Shown here one piece after another: positions 37,100 through 48,955 of a stretch of 64,000 nucleotides of DNA. The stretch comes from Hypanus sabinus. Lineage: Eukaryota. A model generated the notes under the pieces. The model saw nothing but the letters and a program-made list of their open reading frames with translations, searched no databases and was not told the DNA's origin. The position numbers and the translations under genes are program-made. Every line of letters starts with the position of its first letter. The stretch's first letter is position 1. The stretch is taken from positions 160,766,001 to 160,830,000 of the forward strand of contig NC_082711.1 in assembly GCF_030144855.1 (NCBI RefSeq), written 5' to 3'.

Positions 37100-37400
37100 A
37101 ATATTCAGGGAAATGTATACAATATACATCAGGAAATTACTTTTCTTCACAAACATCCATGAAAGCGGAGGAGTGCCCCAAAGAATGAATGTCCATTAAA
37201 TGTTAGAACCTGAAAGTCCCCTCCCAACTCCCCCCTCCCACACATAAGCAGCAGTAAAACAATGACCCCCCTCCCCCATCACCAAAAAAGCGTCACCACC
37301 CCACCGAGCACTCACGTGTGCAGCAAAGCATCAATAAAGACACAGACTTGCAAAGTAGACCCCAAAGTCTACTCGTTCACCCAGTAATTTGACATATTCT
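37100..37400 (-). mobile_element. Retroposon 3' fragment (same family as 42480-42725)
   Basis: Reverse complement of cattcattctttgggg...tgtatacatttt at 42600-42690. Confidence 0.7.
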
Positions 37401-38102
37401 GAACAAAATATAACTTTATTATCAAGTTGACTTTGTTTAGTATATACTGCTTACTTTATTCTGAGCACAAAATATTGATCCACTTGCTGTAACTTAAACA
37501 CTTGATCTAGACTAATGCTTCAATGCACTGCACAGGAAAGATTAACCACAGGAGATGGTTTGTCTTGAATGACATTAAATGAGGAGTCCATTTTCCTCCG
37601 TTGGATATTAAAGAGCAGGAGAGGAATTAATGAAAAACACTGATTTAGAAATACATGATATTATCTTATAATTTATCTCAGCACTGCATATGATTCGCTA
37701 CTTCATAAATCAACTGCAGAATACTTTGAAAACAATTCATACGTATCATTGCACTGAAGTTTTCTAATACTGTGCAATGACTTTCATTTCTATTGAGTAT
37801 AATTGAGTCTAGTTTTAAGGAACATCCTCTATGCGGGTTGTGCCCTTTGATATTTCAAGTATGTCACTAAAATTGATGCCAATATATCCCCCTTCTGTCT
37901 TTAAGAATATTGGGAAATCTCAGTCACCTTTGTTCATCGTAACCTGATATGCTCTACAATGTACAATATATTATTCTGTTAAGCCTACAGTGTTGGAAGG
38001 TTATGAAGAGATTGCAAAAGCATGTCTATGGATTTACTTGTTGTTTGAACAGAGAGCAGTCTCAGGCTGAATCAAAAATTACTTTGTTCCTTCATATTGT
38101 TC

Positions 38103-38522
38103 CATAAGAGCATCAGATATAGGAACAGAATTAGACCATTCACCCCTTCAAGTCTGCTCTGAAGGGCTGATTTATTATCCCTCTCAGCTCCATTCCCTGC
38201 CTTCTTCAGGTAATCTTTGATGCTCTTGCTAATCAAGCACCTATTAACCATTGTTTATAACTTAACCTCCACAGCCAACTGTGTCAATTCATTGCACAGA
38301 TTCACTGCCCTCTGGGTGAAGAGATCCCTCCTCATTTCTGTGCTGAATGGGCATCCTTGCATTCTGAGGCTGTGCCCTCTGGTCCCGCATCCCCCTCCCC
38401 CCAAACATTATAGGAAGCATCTATCTCTATCTAGGCCTTACAATATTCAATATGTTTCAATGAGACTCCCCCCTCATTCTTCCAAACTCCTAGTTAGCCA
38501 TCAAACGTTCCTCATATGTTAA
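38103..38522 (-). mobile_element. CR1/L2-type LINE 3' fragment
   Basis: cataagagcatcagatataggaacagaattagaccattc tail and cacagattcactgccctctgggtgaagag. Confidence 0.7.
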
Positions 38523-38571
38523 CCACATTTAAAACAAAGTGTGATGCATTGGATATAACATGTGGAGAGTG

Positions 38572-39084
38572 ATGTCTAACCAGGTAAGTAGCTCCCTGCA
38601 CCTGGTAATTTAACCCTCTTCACTCTACTATTTTTTTGTCGCTGGTTTACCATGCTTGAATTTTATGGATTCGGAGGTGCCACTCTGGTGCCACTCTGGT
38701 ATATTTTTTAAATCAGGTTATAACTAGTTCATACAATTTAAACTTTATCATGCCACATATGGAATTGCTAAATATTATTCAGTGAAATTATTTAAGAACC
38801 ATAGAAGGCCCAATCCAGCTTGGGTGATTCATAACAGGTTTGTCAAAACATTTCCTCCCATCATCCACTTGTGTTGCTGCATTGGAGCCCTCAAGATCAC
38901 ACAGGAAGTTTAAATTGTATGAACGTGTCATAACTTGATTTAAAAATATATACCAGTGTGGCACCATCACTTTCAATAACCTCCTAGTCCATAAAATTCA
39001 AGCACATTAAATCAGCAACAAAAAAGAATAGAGCAAAGAGAGTTAAATTACCAGGCCCAGGGAGCTACTTACCTGGCCAGACAT
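38572..39084. repeat. Long inverted repeat / foldback (MITE-like)
   Basis: Arms 38572-38745 and 38906-39084 are reverse complements with scattered mismatches, around a 160-bp spacer. Confidence 0.9.
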
Positions 39085-39294
39085 ATTTTATAAAATTCAG
39101 TCAGATAACCTTCCTGACCTACATGCTTATTCAATTGCTTTCTACAGACTGTATCCATCTACTTAATGGATATATAAATCTCACCTCTGTTTAGTGGGCA
39201 GAATTGCGTCACTCAAGGCTTAAGGTTACAGTTTCAAGTTCCTGTCCAAGACTGAATCACAATTTAAGTAGTGTGATCAGGGAGTTGGTTCTGA

Positions 39295-39322
39295 ATTATT
39301 ATTATTATTATTATTATTATTA
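39295..39322. repeat. (ATT)n microsatellite
   Basis: About 9 units of att. Confidence 0.95.
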
Positions 39323-41084
39323 AGGAATGTTTTAAGGATTTCATTGTTATAAAATGCAGGGTTTTTGATACCGTCATATTAACCACCATGCCACTTCAGG
39401 ATAAATTCTGAAAAAGACCGTCAAATTGTGTCTAAAAGGCAAATGATTGATTTGACAGATCCTTCACTGTAGCTTAGAACTCATCACCCTGCCAGGAAAA
39501 GGGTTCCTTTCATCTGTCCTGGTGGTATGGAAGTCTAGCCTTGTTCATTAATCTTATGACAACAATATGAATGCTTAATGAACTGCAGTTGTCACATTGC
39601 TGAATTTCTTTCTGTTTTCCTTTCATTAAAAGATACCCAAGTGCCAAAAGTAAAGGAACTCTAATTTTATAGGGGCACCTGCTCATCTGTTTTCTTACTA
39701 TAGGCACTTATGTGTGAAACACCTGCAGATATTTATGGATGAAAGGATGGGAATGCAGCTAAAAGTTTGCATTGTCAAGGGTTTCCACTAGAAGTGGAAT
39801 CTAATGCCACTATGATCTTAGTTTATTTTCCTGGGGTGGGGTTAATTATATATTCACAACAGGTCCACAGACGAGGTACATCTTTAATTGGATTGTCTGC
39901 CACCGACGAGCGAGGATACCCTTTGCAAATGCAGCTCTGCACTGAGCAGCTGCTTCAGGGATTTGGCAAGGAGCAAAATAAAGTGCAGAATCTTTCAAAG
40001 CCAAATGCTCTTTTTAAGCCAGCCTTTTGGGGTCGAATTAGAAGCAGCAGAAGAATACCAGCATCTGAATCAGCTTCGCAATCTCTCGGGTTGTCTCATT
40101 TCATAGGCTAGGAGGCTTTTGGCATCCTTTCAGTATAAACACTGTCCTGAAACAGGACTGACAAAGGAGAACAATGAATCACCAGAGGAAGTTCAAGTAG
40201 CTTTCCATTAACTATGTAGTAGGAGTCTAAAATGTGCGTAGGAGATTTTTAAGGGTGATGATGTGAAGCTTCCACTCTGTATTCAATTGTTTCTCACTTT
40301 CTATCATTTGTTTTGAGTCAATTTATATGATTAAGCAAGAAGGAAGTTCCCTGCCTCTGAAACTACCTACAGTTCCTCATAAATTGTGTTGTTAGATTTC
40401 AACCCTTTCAACAAACTACATGTAGAGGGAAAATATTACATCTTCAGATCTGATGTAAAATAGAAAATGATGTAAATCTTCAGTAGATCAACATATCTGT
40501 GGAGAGAGAAGCAAAGGATGTTTCAGCTCAATGAACTTGCATCAGAATTTAAGACAGAAAGGGGGAAGGACAGGGAAGGAAAGGCTAATGACAAAGATTA
40601 CTGACAGTGCAGATGGTGGAGGGACTTAAATGCAGAAAAAAAGGAACTTAAATGGAAAAAGAAGGTGATAAAGAGCATTAATAGGACAAGAGGGGAAAAA
40701 AATCAACAGCTCAGTCCAGAAAAGGTATGTTGGAAAAGTAAAATCACTGATTTGGATTTTGTAGGTAAAATGAAGGGTCTCAAAGTCGTGGATTTCAATT
40801 CACGGTACTTTTCACAGCCAAGCTCCAATGCCAAACTGACAACTATTGTTTGTGGTAGAATGAGTATGCAACTATTTCAAATGTAATAGCACATCAGCTT
40901 GAGCAAGTTGAATTAAAGAGGGCTGGGCTCAGGGATTTCTTCCCCATGTACATCACAGGAGTAGAACTAATCCAAGGGATTAGATAACGATCAATAGTTA
41001 AATAGCAAGCATTTATTTCATGATTTTAAGGACTCTTTATATTTTTAATAGCTTAATATTCTAAATGATTTCTGGTGTTTCTTA

Positions 41085-41390
41085 GTGACATGGTAGCGTA
41101 GCGATTAGCAAAATCACCTTTCAGCGCCAGTGAACATAGATTCGGGTTCCAGTTTGTACGTTCTCCCCATGACCATGTGGGTTTCCTCAGGTGCTCCGGT
41201 TTCCACCCATATTCCAAAGACGTACAGTTAAGGTTGGGATTAATGAGTTGTGGGAGTGCTATATTGGTACTACAAACGTAGCGACGCTTGTGGGCTGCCC
41301 CCAGTACAATCCTCACTGATTTGATCTGATAAAAACTGTGCATTCCACTGTGTGCTTAAATGTACAAAACATAAATAAAGCTAATCTTTA
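41085..41390 (+). mobile_element. tRNA-derived V-SINE (HE1-like), internally deleted
   Basis: A-box-like tggtagcgtagcgatta, V-domain gtttgtacgttctcccc..gtgggtttcctcaggtgctccggtttcc, tail aataaagctaatcttt. Confidence 0.8.
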
Positions 41391-41740
41391 AAAACTCTAT
41401 CTCATAAACATTGAAAAATTTGGCAGCTGCATGTCAAAATTTTCTTTGGTTGCTTAGTAGTCAGGACTTACTCTGTCCTCACTGTCCAAAATTCACCCCC
41501 TCCGCCACTTGCTGATCTTCACACTGTTCTTGCACAGGACTTCACTACAGAGGATGCAACATGTTTCTCTTTGAAGGTTTCTGCTGGGAGAACCATGGCA
41601 AAATGAGGTCAGCAGCATGTGCTGACTGCGGATTCTGGACCAACATTTGAATTTACCAAGAGCAAATAGTGGAGGTGATGGGAATCTGAAATAAAAACAG
41701 AGATAGCCAGAAATGCTGAAATTATCCATCTTACTCTTGT

Positions 41741-41935
41741 CACACACAAAGTGCTGGAGGAACTCAGCAGTCCAGGCAGCAAATATGGAAAGAGTAAACA
41801 GTCGAAGGGTCTTGGCCCGAAACATCGACTGTTTACTCTTTTCCATAGTTGCTGACTGGCCTGCTGAGTTCCTCCAGCATTTTGTATGTGTTACTTCAGA
41901 TTTCCAGATTCTGCAGACTTTCTCATCTTATTGTT
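41741..41935. mobile_element. Penelope-derived foldback, best-preserved hairpin
   Basis: ~65-bp inverted arms around agggtcttggcccgaaaca. Confidence 0.85.
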
Positions 41936-42109
41936 GAGGCTGGAATATGTAAACCATGTAGCCTTGCCAATAATTTCATCATCTGTTCACAGCCTCTCTC
42001 TCTGGCCACAGCTGAACATCATGTTTATGGCCTCTGCACCATAATGCCAAATTCATATCCTCTGTTTTACAACAGACTCTTAGTTCCACAAATCATGTCA
42101 AATCAGCTG

Positions 42110-42420
42110 AAGGGTCTGCAAATGGTTGTAGACTCAGACATCTCCAATACAGGCATAATCCTCTCCACCATCAAGAATATCTTCATGAGGTTGTGCCTCA
42201 AGCAAGTCTCGTCACCATGAAGAGCCCTCACCACCTGTGACATTCCCTCCTCTTATTCCTACCATCAGAATGGAGGCACGTTAGCATGAAGACCCATACT
42301 CAATGATTCAGAAACAGCTTCTTCTTTTCCACCAGCAAATTTCTGAATGGCCCAGCAACACAGCCTTGTAATTTATTTTGTTTACACTATTTATTTATTT
42401 ATATTTGTAATTCATAACAA
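42110..42420 (+). mobile_element. Rex1/Babar LINE 3' fragment
   Basis: gattcagaaacagcttcttc (FRNSFF) followed by a T-rich UTR. Confidence 0.7.
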
Positions 42421-42479
42421 TTTAACCTTGGGTTCAGAGATTAATCAGAATCAGAATAAATCAGATTCAAACTAAACTT

Positions 42480-42725
42480 AGAGGGTGGCGGGTGCTGATG
42501 TTTCCTACTGAAGTAAGTGGGGGTGGGTTGAGGCTTTGCTGCTGCTTGTGCATGGGAGGGGGAGGGGAAGAGGGGGCTTTGGAATCCTAACATTTTATTG
42601 TAATTCATTCTTTGGGGTTCTCTTTGGTTTTCATGAATGTCTGTGAAGAGCAAAACTTTCAGGTTGTGTACTGTATACATTTTCTGATATTAAAATGAAC
42701 CATTGAATCATTGAACCATTGAACT
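42480..42725 (+). mobile_element. Retroposon 3' fragment with (ccattgaa)n-like tail
   Basis: Ends attaaaatgaaccattgaatcattgaaccattgaac. Paralog at 37100. Confidence 0.7.
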
Positions 42726-43852
42726 TCTACCATCTCTAGATTTGCCTATTCCAATACTCACATGGCCAGCCTCCTTCATTAAAATCCTAAAGCATTCTTG
42801 ATTTCAGCATAACCTCAGCCACAAAACATGCAGTACATTACTCCTTTCTGCTAAGACAGCAGAAGGTCTTTGTTTGTGGAGCTAATGTGACCAAATCTTC
42901 ATCATGAATGCATTTATTTCATTATGATATTTTTGAAATATGCTGCTTTGTAAATCATGGCTACTCTTACCCGAGGTCAATCTCAGAGAATAAGGCATAC
43001 ATGTATGTACTATCTACGCTGCTTAAACAAAATGAGAAAAACAGAGCAGGACTATGTTGAATCCAATTGAGGCTTTCATTATTTAAAAAAATCAAAATCG
43101 CAGTCAGAATTCTAGTAGCTTCTAAATTGGGAAAGTTATATTATAGAATTAATAAAGTAGGTAACAATATGATATATCTAATAAAAAAAATTGTGGTAAA
43201 ACAATTCTGACCAAGTAATAGCCAATTGCTACCACAATGTGCCATGGGATTTTTTAAAAGAAACTTCTAAAACAGATTTCAAGATGAAGCATCTGTGAAA
43301 AGAATTATTTACACACAAACACTCAGTAGGTCAGACAGTGTCCGTGGAGAGAGAACCAGCATTAACATTTCAAATTGATGAATCTTTATCTGTCACTATT
43401 TCTTATTTGCTTGTTCCACAGGACTTCTGTGGTATGATTGCCCACTGATTTTTTTAGGCGTGTTCAATAGAGTAGAAATGTTCATTGTCCTGCTAAACTC
43501 ATTCTTCTTCTCTGTCAAAACCTTTTTCGTGTGAAAATTGATGACAACTAATTAAATTGAGCAATGAACAGACTTTTCAGCAATAAACCAGGCACAAATG
43601 GTATAATCAAAAGTGAGAGGGTTGTATCAATTAATTCTCCTGCGTATGATTTTTTTAAATTATAAAATGGGTTGCTTAGTGTAAGCTTAGATCAAAGTTC
43701 AAAGTAAATTTATTATTACTATATATATCACCACATACTACCCTGAGATTCATTTACTTGAGGGAATACACAGTAAATCCAAGAAACATAACAGAATCCA
43801 TGAATGACTGCACCCAACAGGATGGAGAAACAACCAATGTGCCAAAGACAGC

Positions 43853-45715
43853 ATAGAGTCTGGGAAGACCACAGCACAAAATAGACTCTTTGATCCACCT
43901 AGTCTGTTGCAAACCATTAATTTGCCTAGTTCCATCAACCTACACCTGGACCCCAGGCCCCTATACCCCTCTCATCCATATAGCTATCCAAATTTCTCTT
44001 GAATGTTGAAACAGACCCTGCATCCATCACTTGTGTTGGCATCTCATTCCTCCCTCTGAATGGAAAAGTTCCCATGTTCCCCTTAAACATTACACCTCTC
44101 ACCCTTAACCCATGATGTCTAGTTGTGGTCTCACCCAACCTCAGTGGAAAAAAGCCTGCTAGCATTTACCCTGTCTATACCTCTCATAATTGTGTATACC
44201 TCTATCAAATCTCTCCTCAGTTTTCTACGTTCTCAGGAATAAAGTCCTAATCCATTTAATCTTTTCCTGTAACTCAGATCCTCAAGTCCCAGCAAAATCC
44301 TTATAAATTTTCTCTGCACTCTTTCAATCTTATTTACACCTTTCCTGTTGGCAGCTGACCAAAACAGCACACAGTCCGAAACGTCCGAAACGCCCGAAAC
44401 GTCGACAGCGCTTCTCCCTATAGATGCTGCCTAGCCTGCTGTGTTCCACCAGCATTTTGTGTGTGTCACAGTACTGTAAGTTAGGCCTCACCAACATTTT
44501 ATAAAATTTCAACAGAACATCCCAACTCCTGCTCTCAATACATAGATTTATGAAGGCTAATGTGCCAAAAGTTTTCTTCCTTTACGATCCTATCTACCTG
44601 TGACACCACTTTCAAGGAATTACGGATCTGTATTCCCAGATCACTCTGTTCTACCACACTCCTCAGTGCACTATCACTCATCCTGTAAGACCTACACTAA
44701 CTAGACCTCCCAAAGTGCCACATCTCACACTTAGTTGCATTAAATTCCATCTGCCATTTTTCAGCCCATTTTTCCAGCTGGTCCTGATCCCGCTGCAAGC
44801 TTAGATAGTTTTCCTTACTATCCAATACACCCTCAATCTTGGTATCATCCACAGATTTGCTGATCCAGTTTACCACATTATCATCCAGAAACGATCCCTG
44901 CGGCACACCACTAGTCACAACAGGCCTACAGTCAGAGGGAACCATCTACGACCACTCTCTGGTTTCCTCCATAAAACCAATGTCTAATCCAATTTGCTAC
45001 CTCATCTTGAACGCCAGGTGACTGAAACTTCTTGATCAGCCTCTCATGCAGGACTGTGTCACAGGCTTTGCTAAGGTCCATGTAGACAATATCCACTGCC
45101 TTGCCTTCATCACCTTTCTCAAAAATCTCCATAAGATTCGTTAGACTCAATTTATCATGTACAAAGCCACGTTGACTATCCCTAATCACTCCCTGTTTAT
45201 CCAAATGCAGCCTGTAATTCTTGTCTTATTCTTAGAACCTTTCTTAAACAACAGAACAACATTGGCATCTTCCAGTCCTCTGGTACCACACCCTTGGCTA
45301 AGGATGCTTTAAATATCTCTGCAATTTCTGCACAAGCCTCCCACAGGGTCTGAGGGAACACCTTGTCAGGCCTTGGGGATTTACCCACCCCAATTTGCCC
45401 CAGAACAGGAAACACTGCCTCCTCCACAATCTGTATAGGGTCCATGACTTTGCTGCTGCATTTCTTAACACCTATAGAACCTGTGTCTTTCTCTCAAGTA
45501 AATTTAGATGGAAAAAAATCCCTTTAAGATCTCCCCCATTTCTTTCAACTCCACACACAGATTAGCACTCTGATCTTCCAGAGGACCATTTTTGTCCCTT
45601 GCTATCCTTTTTTGCTCTAAGTTTATCTGTAGAAGGATTCTCTTTCACCTTGTCTGCTAAAGCAACCTTGCATCTTCTTTTAGCCCTCCTTATGTCCTTC
45701 TTAAGTGTTCCCCTG
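43853..45715 (-). mobile_element. CR1-type LINE (5'-truncated, ~1.9 kb)
   Basis: ORFs with KSPRPD, DSQRGF, VDIVYMDLSKACD.V.H, SGVPQGS, KWQMEFN and YKMLVRP. Confidence 0.9.
44376..44466 (+). mobile_element. 91-bp Penelope-family insertion inside the CR1
   Basis: Flanked by cacagt (44370-44375 / 44467-44472). Begins with three tandem ccgaaacgy units. Confidence 0.85.
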
Positions 45716-46611
45716 AATAACAAACTGTGTAAATGCAAAAGAAAACACAGAAATAATAATAATAATAAATAAATAAGCAATAAATATCCCGAACATGAGA
45801 TGAAAAGTCCTTGAAAATGAGTTCAGTTCATTGATGGGGTGGGTGAAGTTCAGTGATGTTATCCCTTTGGGTTCAAGAGCCTGACGGCTGAGGGGTAATT
45901 ACTGTTCCTGAACCTCATGATGTGGGCCCTGGGACTCCTGTATCTTCTTCCTGATGACAACAGTGGGAAGAAAGTATAGCCTGTGTGATGCGGGGCCTCT
46001 ATTGATAGATGCTGCTTTTCTGTGACAGTGTTCTGTGTAATCTTGCTCAATAGCTGCAAGAGCTTAATCCATGAGGGACTGGAGTGTATCCATTACTTTT
46101 TGTAGTATATTCTGTCAAGGATATTGGTGTTTCCATACCAGGCTGTGATGCAATCAGTCAACATACTCTCCACCACACATCTATAGAACTTTGTCAACTT
46201 TCAGCATTCAAGGGATTGTGGACAGGATTTATCATCTGTACTACTGGCGTCGATCTGAAAAGCAAACTGTTGGAGGAACAGATCAGTTTGTTTTTACACG
46301 ATTCAATCAGTGCAGTTTCTTATGTCTTCATTTGAATGTTCATCATAGTGATCGCAATCATATTCAGAGTTAAGAATTATATGTCAGTTGAAATTATCAT
46401 TGAGTTAAAACTGTACAATCATTGGAATGTCAATGCACTTATTTTGCATTTCATATTATATACTTTGTAATTTCTTGTAATATTTGGTCATGATGTGCTA
46501 TATTATATTAGATGATGAGCTTATGAAGTTTTAAAGATTGTTGGACTGGGCTGGTTTCTCAGTGTTGACTACTCTTACCCACCAGGTTCAAGACAATTGC
46601 AAAAAAACCAG

Positions 46612-46792
46612 CAACACTCACAAACTGCTGAAGGAACTCTGCGGGCCAGGCAGCATCAATGGAAAAGAACAAACAATCCACATTTCAGGCTGAGACCCAT
46701 CATCATTCTTGCTCTGGCCTGCTGAGTACCTTCAGCATTTTGCATGTGTTGCTTTGGATTTCCAATATCTGCAGATTTTCTCGTGTTTGTGA
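46612..46792. mobile_element. Penelope-derived foldback element
   Basis: Left arm cacaaactgctgaaggaactc, centre catttcaggctgagacccatcatca, right arm ggcctgctgagtaccttcagcattttg. Confidence 0.75.
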
Positions 46793-48529
46793 TACCAAAA
46801 AAAAAGGTATAGGGAGAAATGCATATCTACACTGGTGAAGATAGAGGCAGATTTATGCCATTAGCTATCAACATTTTCATTAGTGAAGGGAGTCAATATC
46901 ACAATCAAAGATTCAGTAACATCTAAATTGGGTAAGCTAAATTGCAGCTTCAGCAAGGTATGTATTACCTAATAACATTCAGTTATATAATATATATGAT
47001 ATCTAACTACATTTAATTACTAACATGCTATATTGTGGAATAAAGTTTGACAGATAACAATCATGACTTTGATCCCATTAATTTTTATGTAATTATTAAT
47101 TGAGAAGTGACTAAATTTCAGTTCTATATATTTCATCTGTTAATGATGAATTCTTCTCAGACAATATGCAACACTGCATATTGCATTAACTTGTCTTTGT
47201 AAAAACGTATCTGTGAATCTGCTTAGAAACTGCAGAGCAACATGTCTGATCTGAACCAATGCATGAATACTTTAATCTATGGTAAAAAGAAAGTGACCGT
47301 GGATGTGGGGTTAATTAATGTTATGTTTCAATCAAAATTAATAATTTTACAGTTCTGATAAGGCCATATACTATTCTATTAAATTAGCTGTCTCAAGACT
47401 ACTAAGGGAGTAAAAGTCATTCTAATTTATTTCTGAAGTGATACGTGGTGTTGTCAACATTACTTATAGTTAATGTAATATAATGAAATGTGTTATTGTA
47501 AACTGAAGCATTAGTTTTTTTTTGTCAATTGCAATATTATCTTGCCATTCATTGTCAACTGTCATTTAGAGTAAAAATTGTAGGTAAGACTGTTTATGGT
47601 TATTTTTATATACTGTATGTATAGAACGGATCAAAGGATAAAATGAAAATCAAATATAGACAATTTTTGGAACATTAGTGAAAATATTGGGCAGGTCAAT
47701 GAAATCCACAAGTCCGCCTATTTCCAATGGGAACAGTGCACTTACAAGATGAAATGAGCCAGAAAAATATTGTGCTTGGTTCTGATATACAGTCTCCAAC
47801 AGATCAAAATCTTTTCTCTCCTTTTCTAACAAAGTCATTTTTGAGCATTCATATAAAATATGGATTTTTAAACAAAATGCTTCACAGTTCTTTCCGTCCA
47901 ATACAAAATTACCAAAGTGAAATGATTCATATTTTACTTAAAAGCTAAGTAATAGCTTTGGCAAGTTGCTATTTGGAAATATTTTCTACCAACATTATTA
48001 GAAAATGTTTTGTTTGAGATTTTGATAATTTGGTACAAGAAAGTGATTATAATTTGTTGAATCCCTGCAAACCCATTGTAATAAATATTTGAATAAATTA
48101 AGTCAATACTCTGATTCAGGAATGGTATAACAGGAATATGAATTTGAGCTACAAACAGATTTAAAATAGATGGCAAAGGAATGATGGGTAAATGCTGGTC
48201 AAGTCTGTGTTTTAAAATACAGAAACAAGAAGCTTTAGGCTTTTAAGCTGTTAACAAGATAAGAGATCTTCACATCACACAGGCACACCAGCCCCAGGAA
48301 CAAAGCAGTTCTGTTGCTCAGAAGAGAATATTTATACTTAGAAGATGAATTTTTTCCAACACAATAAGGTAATTAATTGTGCATGAAAGAGTAAATACAT
48401 CCATGAGTAAGCCAATGAAAGAGAATTGATTGGAAGTTCAAAGGTGGAATATACCACCATAACAAAAAGGGTAACGGATCTTAAAGTGGAGCAGGTATAT
48501 TTATTTATTTAACAGACATCAGAAGGGTG

Positions 48530-48955
48530 GTTCAAGATTCAAGATTGTTTAATGTTATTTCTAGTTCACAGGTGTAAAGGAAAATGAAATAATTGTTACT
48601 CTGGATCCAATACAACACACAAAAAAACGCAATAAGATAAAGAACACAATAATAAAAAAGCACAATAAATACTGTATAAATATGCAAGAGAGATTATATA
48701 TGTAGATTGATTGTATGTCTATAAAGCTATGCCAGGCACAGGAATGTCGTATATGGGTCACCCTGACAGGAAATGATAAAGTAGTGATGGTTGGGAGTGT
48801 TGTGGGTGGAGGTGTTGATCAGCCTTACTGTTTGGGGAAAGTAACTGTTTTTGAGTCTGATAGTCTTGACATGGATGCTATGTAGCCTCCTCCCTGACAG
48901 GAGTGGGACAAACAAGTTCAGGAGCAGGGTGAGTGGGATCTTTCACGATGTTGAG
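48530..48955 (-). mobile_element. Rex1/Babar LINE 3' fragment
   Basis: ORF 48727: LSGRRLHSI..RLKNSYFPQTVRLIN. Tail (caagatt)n. Confidence 0.8.

Larger units (their letters stand above)
43694..46200 (-). mobile_element. Rex1/Babar LINE 3' part, split by a CR1 insertion
   Basis: The UTR stops at gccaaagacagca (43852) and resumes at aacaaactgtg (about 45719). ORF 45859 has SGRRYRS..FRNSNYPSAVRLLN. Confidence 0.8.

Noticed and set aside
39066-39080. U1 snRNA gene or pseudogene
   Set aside because: The match stops after 12 nt. There is no stem-loop I, Sm site or snRNA promoter.
44376-44406. Short repeats resembling a CRISPR or iteron array
   Set aside because: Only three 9-mers with no spacers, in a eukaryotic retroelement context.
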